NCBI GenBank assembly: GCA_948442015.1
Contig: CAOJRP010000001.1
Location: 29,617-93,616 of the forward strand
Source of the DNA: an uncultured Erysipelotrichaceae bacterium
GTDB lineage: Bacteria; Bacillota_I; Bacilli_A; RF39; UBA660
Reading direction: 5' to 3'
Length of the DNA: 64,000 bases
In this document: piece by piece, positions 1-10,179 of the stretch
Numbering within the stretch: position 1 is the stretch's first letter
How the letters are laid out: each line of letters begins with the position of its first letter
Position numbers and translations under genes: made by a program
Notes under the pieces: generated by a model
Databases searched by the model: none
What the model was told of the DNA's origin: nothing
What the model saw: the letters and a program-made list of their open reading frames with translations, nothing else

Positions 1-709
1 TCATGAATTAAATGCTAAAAGTGTTGCTCATCAAATAACCGTAATTAACTCGTTATATGAGTTTTTAATTAAAGATGGTTATATCGATTCTAACCCTTGT
101 GAAAATATTATAACTCCCAAGTTAGATAAACGTTTACCGAAGTTTTTGACAGAAGAAGAGATTGATAAGTTATTAGATGTATCTTTAAATACAGCTTATG
201 ACTATCGAAATAAAGCCATGCTAGAACTTTTATATGCGACAGGTTTAAGAATATCAGAATTATTAAATTTAGAACTTAAAGATATTGATTTAAAGAATGC
301 TTTTTTAAGAGTTATGGGTAAAGGTAAAAAGGAAAGAATTGTTCCAATAGGGGACGTAGCTATCAAATATATGGAGAAATATCTAAAAGATTATAGACCT
401 TCTTTATTAAAAAATAAGAATAGCGACTATGTCTTTATCTCTAATGCAACAACAAAAATGACAAGGCAAGGCTTTTTTAAAATTATTAAAACAGAGTGCC
501 AAAAGAAGAATATTAAAAAAGATATATCACCTCATACTATAAGACACTCATTTGCGACACATTTACTTAATCATGGCGCTGATTTAAGGGTTATTCAAGA
601 TTTATTAGGGCATGAAGATATTTCGACTACGCAAATCTATACTCATGTTGCTAATGAAAAACTAAAAGAAGAATATATGCTTCATCCAAGAAGTGAGATA
701 AAAAAATAG
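1..709 (+). CDS. xerD: Tyrosine site-specific recombinase, XerD/XerC family (5'-partial; the reading frame is open from base 2)
   Basis: The frame from base 2 translates as HELNAKSVAHQITVINSLYEFLIKDGYIDSNPCENI... upstream of the tracked ORF (SAM-like N-terminal domain). The C-terminus has the catalytic region HTIRHSFATHLL...LLGH...TQIYTHV with the RHRH/Y signature. It lies near spoIIM, as ripX does in Bacillus. Confidence 0.7.
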   Translation, partial: HELNAKSVAHQITVINSLYEFLIKDGYIDSNPCENIITPKLDKRLPKFLTEEEIDKLLDVSLNTAYDYRNKAMLELLYATGLRISELLNLELKDIDLKNAFLRVMGKGKKERIVPIGDVAIKYMEKYLKDYRPSLLKNKNSDYVFISNATTKMTRQGFFKIIKTECQKKNIKKDISPHTIRHSFATHLLNHGADLRVIQDLLGHEDISTTQIYTHVANEKLKEEYMLHPRSEIKK

Positions 710-1041
710 GAACTACATTAATCGTAGTCCCTACATTTCTAGCTAATATTACATATCTTTGTTAGCTTTGCTACAGTTGTTAGCTTTACTATTATTAGCT
801 CTTGAACTTCTTGAAGAACGAGAACTTCTAGATTCAGCTCTATTAGCTTTTGATGACTTATTAGTCTTTTGTTCTTTTTTCATAATTTTACCTCCTAATA
901 GTATTATGGATGTCTTATTCTTTTTAATACATTAATCTACTAGGAACAAATTACCAATTTTTGTTAATTACTACCAATTGGTTGTTTCATATTATAGTCT
1001 AATTTTTTTTAATTAAAATATAATTTATTAGGTGATTAATA

Positions 1042-1773
1042 ATGCCCATTTTAATAACTTTTATAGCAGGTTTATCAACTCTTTTAGGCAGTATCTTCAT
1101 TTTTGTAAATATTAAAGAAAAGAATATTAATAAATTTATTACTTTTAGTTTATCGCTATCTTTAATAATTATGATATTAATTAGTATAACAGAATTAATT
1201 CCCAGTGCTGTTATCGATATTTTTCGAAGTTATTCTTTTTTCTTAGCTTTAATTCTTGTTATATTTATTCCAATTATCGGCTACTACATGATTAATTTAA
1301 TAGATAAAATTAGTAAAAATACTAATAACTTATATAAACTTGGGATAATAAATATGATCGTTTTAATACTTCATAACATGCCTGAAGGAATTATTACATT
1401 CTTAAGTAGTAGTCAAGATACTTTTTTAGGAATAAAATTATGTATAGCTATAATGCTTCATAATATTCCTGAAGGAATTGCCATAGCTGTGCCAATATAT
1501 TATGGTACTAAATCAAAATTTAAAGCGATAATGATGACTTTAATATCTGGTTTATCAGAACCTCTAGGAGCAATTTTAACTTACTTTATTTTTAAAGATT
1601 ACATAACTCCTAATACTTTAAGTATCATTCTTTTATTAGTAGGTGCTATAATGATTACTTTATCAATTAATAAATTATTCCCCGAAGCAGAAAAATTAAA
1701 AGAGCCTAAATATATTATGATTGGTATTATTACAGGTTTTATTTTAATAACTTTACTAGAACTTGTCTTTTAA
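1042..1773 (+). CDS. zupT: ZIP-family zinc transporter ZupT
   Basis: Polytopic membrane protein with two HNxPEG motifs (HNMPEGIITF, HNIPEGIAIAV) typical of ZupT/ZIP. Confidence 0.7.
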   Translation: MPILITFIAGLSTLLGSIFIFVNIKEKNINKFITFSLSLSLIIMILISITELIPSAVIDIFRSYSFFLALILVIFIPIIGYYMINLIDKISKNTNNLYKLGIINMIVLILHNMPEGIITFLSSSQDTFLGIKLCIAIMLHNIPEGIAIAVPIYYGTKSKFKAIMMTLISGLSEPLGAILTYFIFKDYITPNTLSIILLLVGAIMITLSINKLFPEAEKLKEPKYIMIGIITGFILITLLELVF

Positions 1774-1842
1774 TTGTCATTAGGAATTTTTTTAAATATC
1801 TTTTTTATATTTTTAATGCTATAATTTTTATGTGATGAAGAT

Positions 1843-2235
1843 ATGAAAAGAAGATTAAAAAAACAAACTAAAATTATAATCGCGATTATAATTTTGTTAA
1901 TACTAGTATTAACAATTTTTAGAATTATTTTGCTATGCAAAAACAAAAATACTAACTTAACCAAAGAAACTAAAATAACTTTAATTGATAATTTAGATAT
2001 TGAAGTTTTTAGTGAAATAAATAATCTAGATTTAATCAAAGATATTAAAAATGGTGAGATTACAAGTGAAAAAGAATATATTGACACTAATACATTAGGA
2101 AAACAAGAAATTAATATTGTCTATTTAAATGAAAATAATGAAGAAAAGGATTATACTTTTACTATTGATATTGTTGACACTGAAAAACCTACTATTACTT
2201 TTGATAAGGAATTAACAACAACTATTGGTAAATGA
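1843..2235 (+). CDS. N-terminal part (signal/TM anchor plus Ig-like DUF5011-type segment) of a frameshifted VanY-like gene
   Basis: N-terminal TM (IIIAIIILLILVLTIF). The domain sequence runs on into the next ORF across a +1 frame change at an A-run (ggtaaatgag). Confidence 0.5.
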   Translation: MKRRLKKQTKIIIAIIILLILVLTIFRIILLCKNKNTNLTKETKITLIDNLDIEVFSEINNLDLIKDIKNGEITSEKEYIDTNTLGKQEINIVYLNENNEEKDYTFTIDIVDTEKPTITFDKELTTTIGK

Positions 2236-3040
2236 GATTAATTTGTTAAAAGGAGTATCAGCTAAAGATAATTATACAAAAGATATAAAAGTTAGTGTTG
2301 ATGGTGATTATGATTTTAATAAAGTAGGGGAGTATAAAATTTATTATACTGCTAAAGATAGTAGTAGTAATGAAACAAAAGAAGAAGCAACATTAATTGT
2401 TAAAGAAAAAAATAATGATTCTAATAGTAAAAAACCACCAGTAACTTCTAATAATGACAATGAATTTACGACATCAAAGGGGTTTAAAGGATATACAAAA
2501 AATGGTATCACATATATAGATGGAATATTAGTTGCAAATAAAACTTATAGTTTGCCACAAAGTTATGGTCCAGGATTAACTAAAGAAACTCAAGCTGCAA
2601 TCAATTCTATGGCGGCTGCGGCAGCAACAGATGGTATTAATGTCTATTGTCAAAGCGGGTTTAGAAGTTTTGAGACACAACAAAGATTATATAATAATTA
2701 TAGTAAAAGAGATGGAGTAGAGGCAGCTGACATTTATAGTGCTAGACCAGGATATTCCGAACACCAAAGTGGTCTTGCTTGTGATTTATGTAGTAAAGAT
2801 AATTCAGCTTGTATTAATAGTGACTTTGATAATTCAAATGAAGCTAAATGGTTATCTAATAATGCATATAAATTTGGTCTAATATTAAGATATCCAAAAG
2901 GTAAAACTAATGAAACGGGTTATAAATTTGAATCATGGCATTATCGTTATGTTGGAACAGAATTAGCTACTAAATTATATAATAATGGGAATTGGATTAC
3001 TTTAGAAGATTATTTTGGTATAACTAGCGAATATAAATAG
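2225..3040 (+). CDS. D-Ala-D-Ala carboxypeptidase, VanY/peptidase M15 family (C-terminal part of the frameshifted gene)
   Basis: M15 motifs: GFRSFETQQRLY, SARPGYSEHQSGLACDL, ESWHYRYVG. The tracked ORF begins with a TTG read as Met, and the frame is open from 2216. Confidence 0.6.
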   Translation: MVNEINLLKGVSAKDNYTKDIKVSVDGDYDFNKVGEYKIYYTAKDSSSNETKEEATLIVKEKNNDSNSKKPPVTSNNDNEFTTSKGFKGYTKNGITYIDGILVANKTYSLPQSYGPGLTKETQAAINSMAAAAATDGINVYCQSGFRSFETQQRLYNNYSKRDGVEAADIYSARPGYSEHQSGLACDLCSKDNSACINSDFDNSNEAKWLSNNAYKFGLILRYPKGKTNETGYKFESWHYRYVGTELATKLYNNGNWITLEDYFGITSEYK

Positions 3041-3049
3041 AAGAGTAGG

Positions 3050-3071
3050 GGTTCATATCAGTTCATATCAG
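3050..3071. repeat. Tandem direct duplication gttcatatca x2 in the convergent intergenic spacer
   Basis: gttcatatcagttcatatcagg is read directly in the sequence. Confidence 0.5.
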
Positions 3072-3433
3072 GTTACTTGCTCTTTTTCTAATTCTTTTAA
3101 TATTCTACTTATTATATAATCTTGTTCATTTGGATAACTAGTATAAAAAAAGATTAATTTTATTTTGGCGCTTTCACAGATTTCTTTAACTTTTAAATCT
3201 CTTTTATGACGAGTAGCTTCCTTATGAGAACTATCATTTAATTCAATTAAAAGTAATAGATTATAGTTACTATCAAAAAGACCAAAGTCAATATTTCGGA
3301 ATAGTTCAGTATTGTATCTATAATCAGATTTCTTAGTTATTACTGATGCAAGATTTATTTGAGGAATTACTATATATCCCAATGTTTCAATCTTTTTTAG
3401 TTTTTGATGAAATTTTTTTTCGCTTTCAGTCAT
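3068..3433 (-). CDS. DUF2726-domain protein (restriction-endonuclease-like fold)
   Basis: The pattern DFGLFDSNYNLLLLIELNDSSH...RHKRDLKVKEICESAKIKLIFF matches the DUF2726 core (D..L.D....LL.IEL..SSH....RD....AGI...R), as recalled from memory. Confidence 0.45.
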   Translation of the reverse strand: MTESEKKFHQKLKKIETLGYIVIPQINLASVITKKSDYRYNTELFRNIDFGLFDSNYNLLLLIELNDSSHKEATRHKRDLKVKEICESAKIKLIFFYTSYPNEQDYIISRILKELEKEQVT

Positions 3434-4074
3434 AAAGCTTTTTTTTTATATAAAATAGGTTATGATTTTTAGTATTATTAATTTCTTCATTACTAAAATC
3501 TCCAAAAATTAAATTATATAACCATTTAAAAAACGATTTAATAATATCCATATAAAACACCTCTTTAAAATATTTTATCACAATGGAGTAGTTAATTCTA
3601 TAAGTAAATCTTAAGTTTAATATTTTTATCGGTTTACATAATATATATTATAATAAGTTAATTATTTGATTAAAACAAAAAAATAAAATGCTTACTATAT
3701 ATAATTTATTTAATACTTATTTTAGCTAAATATTCTTTTCTGTTTCCTATTTATTATAATTAAAAATTTTTATGAAAATTAATTATAAATTTTATTAATC
3801 ATATAATTTTAACTTTAAATATATCTAATGATTTATAGTTTTATAATTATAGGTGTTATGAGACAAATCGACAAGATAAAAGATAGATAATTGTCCATCT
3901 CATTTCATTTAAATAACTGTTTAAATTTATACAAATCAAGTATTTATACATTATTTAGCTAATAATATAATCTAACTAATACTTAAGAATGATTAATTGG
4001 GATATTAACTCCCCACTACTCCTCTATCAGTAAATAATTAGTAGGGGACTTATTCATAGAAAAAAGACATAATT

Positions 4075-4857
4075 CTATATCTTTCTTGATTCAATATCAG
4101 CAATTTTTTCTAAAACTTCTGCAGCATTAGATTCATTCATACTAGTATAACCTAATTCTTTTAAAGCTTGAATTTTAATTGTATTTAATTGTTGAGTTCT
4201 TGATAACTTTTCTTCGTTTTTTTGTTCAATTTCCTTAACAAATCTCTTATGAGATTCACTAATTCTACTCTTACTTGCTCCCCCATTATTATATAAAGTC
4301 AAAGCTGAATATAAAATTCCTTCAAAAATAAATTGTTTATCTTCTTGAAACTTAAATTCCTCGGGATTAGTAAATCCCGTTGTCTTACTCATATAACCAA
4401 AAATATATTTAATTTCAGGAACATTATCAATCGATTGTAACATATGATATAAATATAAAATAGCATAATAATTTTCGCCATTACTATCTTCACTTAATTT
4501 TTCTTTTAAAAGATATGTAATATCACTTAATAGTACTTGGTTTTCTTTATTTAAGCCTTTAAAATCAAAATGAGTATCTAAATCAGAAGATAATTTCACA
4601 CCTTGATTAAGACGAGATTCAACAGCCATTAAATAATCAGTTGTAACTTTTATACCGCTAACAGCATCATCTGTACCTTCTTCAATATCCAATAATTTAA
4701 GTAATAATAGTTTCTTTTCTTTCGGCCATTTATTAATATCATCTAATTCGAGATAATTATAAACCATCTGTCTAGAAACACCTAAATATTTAGCCAACCT
4801 AACCTTTGAAATTCCCAATTCTTGAAATAATTCACTTAGTTTACTCATTATGTCCAC
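4075..4857 (-). CDS. XRE-family HTH transcriptional regulator with an approximately 200-aa C-terminal domain of unknown function
   Basis: N-terminal helix-turn-helix LSELFQELGISKVRLAKYLGVSRQMVYNYLE. Preceded by a 640-bp AT-rich intergenic region. Confidence 0.55.
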   Translation of the reverse strand: MDIMSKLSELFQELGISKVRLAKYLGVSRQMVYNYLELDDINKWPKEKKLLLLKLLDIEEGTDDAVSGIKVTTDYLMAVESRLNQGVKLSSDLDTHFDFKGLNKENQVLLSDITYLLKEKLSEDSNGENYYAILYLYHMLQSIDNVPEIKYIFGYMSKTTGFTNPEEFKFQEDKQFIFEGILYSALTLYNNGGASKSRISESHKRFVKEIEQKNEEKLSRTQQLNTIKIQALKELGYTSMNESNAAEVLEKIADIESRKI

Positions 4858-4935
4858 TCCTTTTGTATTTTCAAGTTAATTATATATCACTTAACACTAA
4901 AGTGTCAAGTGTAAACCACTGTAAAATGAAATTTC

Positions 4936-6045
4936 TTAATACATATACCAGATTTTTTCGTTGTTTTTTCGCACTTCATCAATAATTCCGCTACCTAAAC
5001 ATTCTTCACCAAGATATAAAACACATGCTTGCCCAGGTGTAACAGCTTTTGCCCTACCAACATATTTTACTTTTATTTGATTATCACTAAGATATTCTAA
5101 CTCTACTGGATGGTCTTCTCCACGATAACGAAATTTAGCTGTACAAAAAGTAGGTCTTGTGGCACTAATAAAGTTAATATTAGATATGATACATTCATCA
5201 CTCATTAAGTACTCATTATCTTCTCCAAAAGCAACATACAATATATTATTTTCGACATTCTTCCCACATACATAATGTTTTAAAACATCTCCTGATAAAC
5301 CAACATTCCTTCTTTGCCCAATTGTATAATTCATCAGCCCAGTATGAGTTCCTACTACTTCTTTTGTTGCCACATCAACAATATCGCCTGGATTAGGCTG
5401 TAAATAATTATGTAAAAACTTTTGATAGTTTCTTTCACCAATAAAACAAATACCTGTACTATCTTTTTTGGAAGCAGTTACTAAATCTAACTCGAGAGCT
5501 ATTTTACGTACTTCTTCTTTAACCATTCCACCAATAGGAAACAAAACATTACCAAATTCCTTTCTAGGTACTTGAGCTAAGAAATAAGTCTGGTCTTTAT
5601 TATTGTCAACTCCCCTTAATAATCTATTCCCACTAATCCTAGCATAATGACCTGTTGCTATGTAGTTAGCACCTAACTTTTCAGCTTCTTTCTTAAATAA
5701 ATCAAACTTAATATACTTATTACACATCAAATCAGGATTAGGAGTTCTTCCTTTTTTCAACTCATCTAAAAAGTAACTAAAAACATAATCCCAATACTCT
5801 TTAATAAAATCAACACGATATAAAGGTATATTTAGTTTTTCACAAACTTTTTTAGCGTCATTATAATCAATTTCTTGTGGGCAAATATCACCATTAAACG
5901 TTGGATTACCATCAATATCATTATTTAATGCAGCATCCCAATTACGCATGAATAGTCCTATTACTTCATACCCTTCTTTTTGTAATAAATAAGCTGCTAC
6001 TGAAGAGTCCACTCCCCCACTCATTCCAATTACGACTTTTTCCAT
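4936..6045 (-). CDS. mnmA: tRNA 2-thiouridine synthase (tRNA-specific 2-thiouridylase) MnmA
   Basis: PP-loop SGGVDSSVAAYLL at the N-terminus. Length and downstream motifs fit MnmA. Confidence 0.9.
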   Translation of the reverse strand: MEKVVIGMSGGVDSSVAAYLLQKEGYEVIGLFMRNWDAALNNDIDGNPTFNGDICPQEIDYNDAKKVCEKLNIPLYRVDFIKEYWDYVFSYFLDELKKGRTPNPDLMCNKYIKFDLFKKEAEKLGANYIATGHYARISGNRLLRGVDNNKDQTYFLAQVPRKEFGNVLFPIGGMVKEEVRKIALELDLVTASKKDSTGICFIGERNYQKFLHNYLQPNPGDIVDVATKEVVGTHTGLMNYTIGQRRNVGLSGDVLKHYVCGKNVENNILYVAFGEDNEYLMSDECIISNINFISATRPTFCTAKFRYRGEDHPVELEYLSDNQIKVKYVGRAKAVTPGQACVLYLGEECLGSGIIDEVRKNNEKIWYMY

Positions 6046-6081
6046 AATAAGTCACTTCCCTACTCCAAATTATATCATAAA

Positions 6082-6672
6082 TTAAAGAAAATTAATTAAT
6101 AGTTTATTTATTGTAGGACTAGCAAAGAAAATAGCAATATCATAGATAAAAATTAAAAGCAAAATAATAACTACTTTTCTAATATTAATAATAATATTTT
6201 TTTCTAAATCTGTACTTTTACGATAGATTATAAAACCTATAACATTTTTAGTTATTCTAATAGCTCTAATTACTAAATATGTAATTAAAACTAAGTAAAT
6301 AAATTTATATAGTAAAGAATATATTAAAAAGAAAAATATTCCTTTAAAACCGAAAGCATTAACAATTAAAGCAAAACTAAAACCAATACTTATCCCTTCA
6401 AAAAAGATGTAAAAGAATATTATTGGAACAGATATGATTGTAAAAGATAAAACTATTACAGCAATTCCAATTATTAAATGAATTACAATATTATTAATCC
6501 TGTTATTCACTAAGTTATTAGGAAGTTCTAAAATACTATTAATTAAAGTTTGTTTTACGACATCGTTTTGCTTAAAATAGTAGACAGCTCCAAAGAATAA
6601 TCCCATAATTAGAAGAATTATTGTAAATAATAATAATTTCTTGTACTTAATTAGCTTCAACCATTGCTTCAT
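6082..6672 (-). CDS. spoIIM: Stage II sporulation protein M-like membrane protein
   Basis: GLFFGAVYYF and GISIGFSFALIVNAFGFKGIFFFL align with B. subtilis SpoIIM (GVIFGAVVVN, GVVIGFTVGFLVNQMGWKGFLL). Multi-TM. Confidence 0.55.
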   Translation of the reverse strand: MKQWLKLIKYKKLLLFTIILLIMGLFFGAVYYFKQNDVVKQTLINSILELPNNLVNNRINNIVIHLIIGIAVIVLSFTIISVPIIFFYIFFEGISIGFSFALIVNAFGFKGIFFFLIYSLLYKFIYLVLITYLVIRAIRITKNVIGFIIYRKSTDLEKNIIINIRKVVIILLLIFIYDIAIFFASPTINKLLINFL

Positions 6673-6756
6673 TTAATCTTCACCTAGTTAAATATATTTA
6701 CATGAATTTAAAAATATGATAAATTATATATAGTTTAAATTAGAGGTGATGATACA

Positions 6757-6852
6757 TTGAATAAAAAAGTACAAAAAATAGCTACTTGGATTATGCTTTT
6801 AATCATGGTTGGTGGCGTTGTAGCTATGGTTTTAGCTTATCTAATAAGATAA
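6757..6852 (+). CDS. 31-aa small membrane protein (DUF4044-like), missing from the ORF track
   Basis: TTG start seven nt after the RBS AGAGGTGA. Translation: MNKKVQKIATWIMLLIMVGGVVAMVLAYLIR. Confidence 0.4.
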   Translation: MNKKVQKIATWIMLLIMVGGVVAMVLAYLIR

Positions 6853-6872
6853 AACTATTCCAGGAGGAAAAA

Positions 6873-7631
6873 ATGAGTATAAATAGAAGTAACGACTATG
6901 ATAAATTTGCCTCAAAAAGGCATTACGAAGTTACAAACGGAATAAAAAAATCATTACGATTTGTTGAAAAACCGATGATGATTTCAATGCTCCCTGATTT
7001 AAAAGATAAAAAAATTCTTATGCTTGGTTGTGGCACTGCAGAAGAAAGCGAATTATTAAGTAAATATGAACCTAAAAAATTAACTGGGATTGATATTTCA
7101 GAAAAATCTATAGCTATTGCTAGAAAAAGCTATCCAAATTGCAATTTTTATGTTGGTGATATGATAAAACTTCCATTTAAAGATAACGAATTTGATTTTA
7201 TTTTTAGTAGTTTAGCAATTAGTCACGTAGAAGATAAAGATAGAGTCTTTAAAGAATTGTATAGAGTTTTAAATAATGAAGGAGAATTGTTATTTTCTGT
7301 TGGTCACCCAATGAGGTTTGCTACAGAGAAAATCAACTATAATGATTCAACATATCATGTCATTGGGTTTGAAACTAGCGATAACGGAAAACAAATTTTA
7401 GGAAAATATATGTCTCACACAAAACAAATAAATTATTTTAAAGATGGAGAGATATTAAAAGAATATATAGCTCCACCATCATTCTTTTTTGAAGTTCTTA
7501 TAAATAATCATTTCAAAATTGAAAATTTTAAAGAATCAAGATGTATTGAAGATTGCAAAAAGATAGATATAAATTACTATAATAGATTTCATGAAATACC
7601 ACAATTTATGGCATTTTTAGTAAAAAAATAA
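6873..7631 (+). CDS. Class I SAM-dependent methyltransferase
   Basis: Motif I LMLGCGTAEES. RBS AGGAGGAAAAA before the ATG at 6873. The tracked ORF (6786) most likely overextends the N-terminus. Confidence 0.7.
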   Translation: MSINRSNDYDKFASKRHYEVTNGIKKSLRFVEKPMMISMLPDLKDKKILMLGCGTAEESELLSKYEPKKLTGIDISEKSIAIARKSYPNCNFYVGDMIKLPFKDNEFDFIFSSLAISHVEDKDRVFKELYRVLNNEGELLFSVGHPMRFATEKINYNDSTYHVIGFETSDNGKQILGKYMSHTKQINYFKDGEILKEYIAPPSFFFEVLINNHFKIENFKESRCIEDCKKIDINYYNRFHEIPQFMAFLVKK

Positions 7632-7639
7632 ACAGCTTG

Positions 7640-9244
7640 TCACTGTTTTATTTTTTTGATAATTCTTACATTATCTTCTTCTTCATAACATTCAATTTCT
7701 AAAATACTATCCTTTGTAATAAAAGGTGCTTGGTATTTAGCAATATTAATATCAAGAACATAGATATCTAATCCATCATGTAAACTATCAGTTAAGTAAT
7801 AATAAGTATTACCATTAATAATAGCTGTTTTTATCGTATTTACCTTTATTTTCTCTTCTATTAACTCTTTAGTAGTATCATTACTAAACTCTTTTAAATA
7901 TGCCTCTTTAGCAGCCATAATTCCTAATGAAGAATCACTAGTTTTAACTTTTTGATAATCTGTAACATCAACAAAGGCATACATCTTAACAAGTCCTGCA
8001 TTATCTTTTAAACTCATTAAATAAGTTGGCTTACCTTCTAAATTAATTAATAATGGGAATGACGCACTATAACCTTTTTCTTGAACCAATCCTTCGGCAC
8101 TAGACATAGCACTAAATTCTTCTGCTCCTGGAGCACTATAGAATATCGTTTCTTTTGTTCTTAAATTAGCTAGAATAAATCCTAAATTAGATTCATCATT
8201 ACTAACACTTGTAATACCAGTATATAAATAAATATCATTGTTATAAGATAAATAATTATATCCTTCTGTAGTATTAACGACATTTTTTTGACCAAAGATA
8301 CTATTAAAGAAACCATTTTTATATTCGCCCCAATTGTCGACCTCTTCAATTATTAAATCAGCACTATAGACATGGTCAACCCATTCGGGAACATCTTCTA
8401 CTTCATAGATATTAGAGTCTCCTGTAATAGGATTAAAGATAATTACTTCATCAACTTCTCTTTTTAACCCAATACCACTATATTTAATTGTTGGAACAAT
8501 ATAATAAGGATTGCCATCATTATCAATTTCAAAGCTGATTTCCCCAAAAATCTTCGTTGGATAACTAAATCTTAATTTTCTTTCCAATTTATCATTAAAA
8601 TAAGCACTTTCAGTATATTTAATTCCTTTATCTAAAGTTTTAATACTAGCATCCCCATTAACACTATTAACACTTATATAGCCTTTAATTCCATCTTTTC
8701 TATTTGTTATCCATTTAATAAAACTAGCATATTCAATAGGAGTAACTCTAATTATCTCATCATTATAAGTAATTTGGGTATATAAACTTGATACATAGAA
8801 TTGACTAACCCACTCATTTTTCTCACCCATTTTACGGTCTCCTAGTTTTTCACTAGAATCTTTATCAAGTAAAGGAATTCTATTAAAATCTACTTCACTT
8901 ATATCTTTACTAAAATCTCCTGTTTCATCGATACTAATTCGATTAGCATACTTATTTGCATTAAAAAATGGAGAACAAATAAGATTAACGACAATAAAAG
9001 CCACTACTATAAGAGAAACTAAGTAAACAATTCCTATACTACGAATATTAAGAGTTTTTCTCGTAGTTATGACACTTTGAATACTAAAACTAATATTATC
9101 AATAATTAAATAAAATATTAAAATAATTCCTATAAAAGCATAAAATCCTGGTGAACTAAAATTAAGCGCTGGTAATGTTAGATAGTATAAAACTACTGTA
9201 AATAATAAAGTTAAAGCAATACTAATTATTCTTTTTTTATCCAT
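7640..9244 (-). CDS. Membrane-anchored protein of unknown function (N-terminal TMs plus a large extracytoplasmic domain)
   Basis: Three N-terminal hydrophobic helices followed by a roughly 400-aa soluble domain. No motif recognised. Confidence 0.5.
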   Translation of the reverse strand: MDKKRIISIALTLLFTVVLYYLTLPALNFSSPGFYAFIGIILIFYLIIDNISFSIQSVITTRKTLNIRSIGIVYLVSLIVVAFIVVNLICSPFFNANKYANRISIDETGDFSKDISEVDFNRIPLLDKDSSEKLGDRKMGEKNEWVSQFYVSSLYTQITYNDEIIRVTPIEYASFIKWITNRKDGIKGYISVNSVNGDASIKTLDKGIKYTESAYFNDKLERKLRFSYPTKIFGEISFEIDNDGNPYYIVPTIKYSGIGLKREVDEVIIFNPITGDSNIYEVEDVPEWVDHVYSADLIIEEVDNWGEYKNGFFNSIFGQKNVVNTTEGYNYLSYNNDIYLYTGITSVSNDESNLGFILANLRTKETIFYSAPGAEEFSAMSSAEGLVQEKGYSASFPLLINLEGKPTYLMSLKDNAGLVKMYAFVDVTDYQKVKTSDSSLGIMAAKEAYLKEFSNDTTKELIEEKIKVNTIKTAIINGNTYYYLTDSLHDGLDIYVLDINIAKYQAPFITKDSILEIECYEEEDNVRIIKKIKQ

Positions 9245-9269
9245 AATTTTCCTTCTTTCTTAAGAGGTA

Positions 9270-9905
9270 TTATATCACACTTGTAGAATAATTGATATTT
9301 TCTTGCTTTAATATGGCAAAATCTTTATCAATATTTTTAAATTTATCATAGAACATATATTTAAACTCTGTTTTTAAACTAGGTTCCTTAATTTTTCCCT
9401 CAAAATTATCATAGTCGTCAATTAACATATTCATATATCTATTTTCAATTAAGGAATCCATAATAATACCACAAAGATAATTATTAGTAAGAACTAAAAT
9501 ATAAGCACTATATAAATCATTAAAAGCTGCATAAGCTAAAAGCTCACAAGCATAAGTTTCATCTAAACCATCACTTAACATTGGGTTTTGGCGATGTTTA
9601 GCATAATCAGTTTCCGTAACTGTGAAAGATACTCCTCTTTTAGCAAAGTTAGTTAAAGCATATTTTATTAAAATATGGGCAATATCATCAGTTTGGATTT
9701 TCTTTATTTTTTTTCTTCCATCATATTTATTACTAATTAAAAGCCATTTACTATAATCAATCATTTCTCCTTTTAAGACACTTGTATCATTAAGTAAGCA
9801 TAATTTTATTGCTTTTTTAGCATTATTATATCCTTGACTTTCCATTGTTCCTAAAAAAGCAGCATCTAAATAATCAATATGACTTTTTTCTAATTCTTTA
9901 TTCAT
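9270..9905 (-). CDS. Hypothetical protein
   Basis: Long ORF, co-directional and tightly spaced with its neighbours. Confidence 0.45.
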   Translation of the reverse strand: MNKELEKSHIDYLDAAFLGTMESQGYNNAKKAIKLCLLNDTSVLKGEMIDYSKWLLISNKYDGRKKIKKIQTDDIAHILIKYALTNFAKRGVSFTVTETDYAKHRQNPMLSDGLDETYACELLAYAAFNDLYSAYILVLTNNYLCGIIMDSLIENRYMNMLIDDYDNFEGKIKEPSLKTEFKYMFYDKFKNIDKDFAILKQENINYSTSVI

Positions 9906-9916
9906 GCATTCACCTA

Positions 9917-10168
9917 TTAACTATTAATAAAATTTTTTAAAATAATATTATAAAGGACTTCAATTAAACTATTGTCTTTAATTATTTTAATACTTTCTTT
10001 ATTATTAATACTCTCTTCTTTAAAAAAAGCATACTCATTTATTGGTTTATTTTTCTCTTTATCGGTTTTAACACAAAAGAAATACTTCTCATTTTCATGA
10101 AATATTTCTTCTAGTAATAAGTAATTAGTTGCATTATTTAGGGTAATTAAATCATTAACTTTCATCAA
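9917..10168 (-). CDS. Hypothetical small protein
   Basis: 83-aa ORF lying between two co-directional ORFs with 9-12 bp spacers. Confidence 0.35.
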   Translation of the reverse strand: MMKVNDLITLNNATNYLLLEEIFHENEKYFFCVKTDKEKNKPINEYAFFKEESINNKESIKIIKDNSLIEVLYNIILKNFINS

Positions 10169-10179
10169 ACATCATCTTT

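Noticed and set aside
2233-2241. Considered whether TGA codes for Trp (Mollicutes/code 4), which might fuse the split VanY-like gene
   Set aside because: Reading TGA as Trp still runs into TAA two codons later (tga gat taa). All long housekeeping ORFs (ileS, mutS, tkt) are intact without in-frame TGA, and Trp is encoded by TGG, so the standard bacterial code applies.
3434-4074. 640-bp AT-rich intergenic region, inspected for a small RNA or mobile-element ends
   Set aside because: Only simple AT-rich sequence and poly-A/T runs (for example T9 at 3441-3449). There are no inverted repeats, direct repeats or conserved structure that I could support.
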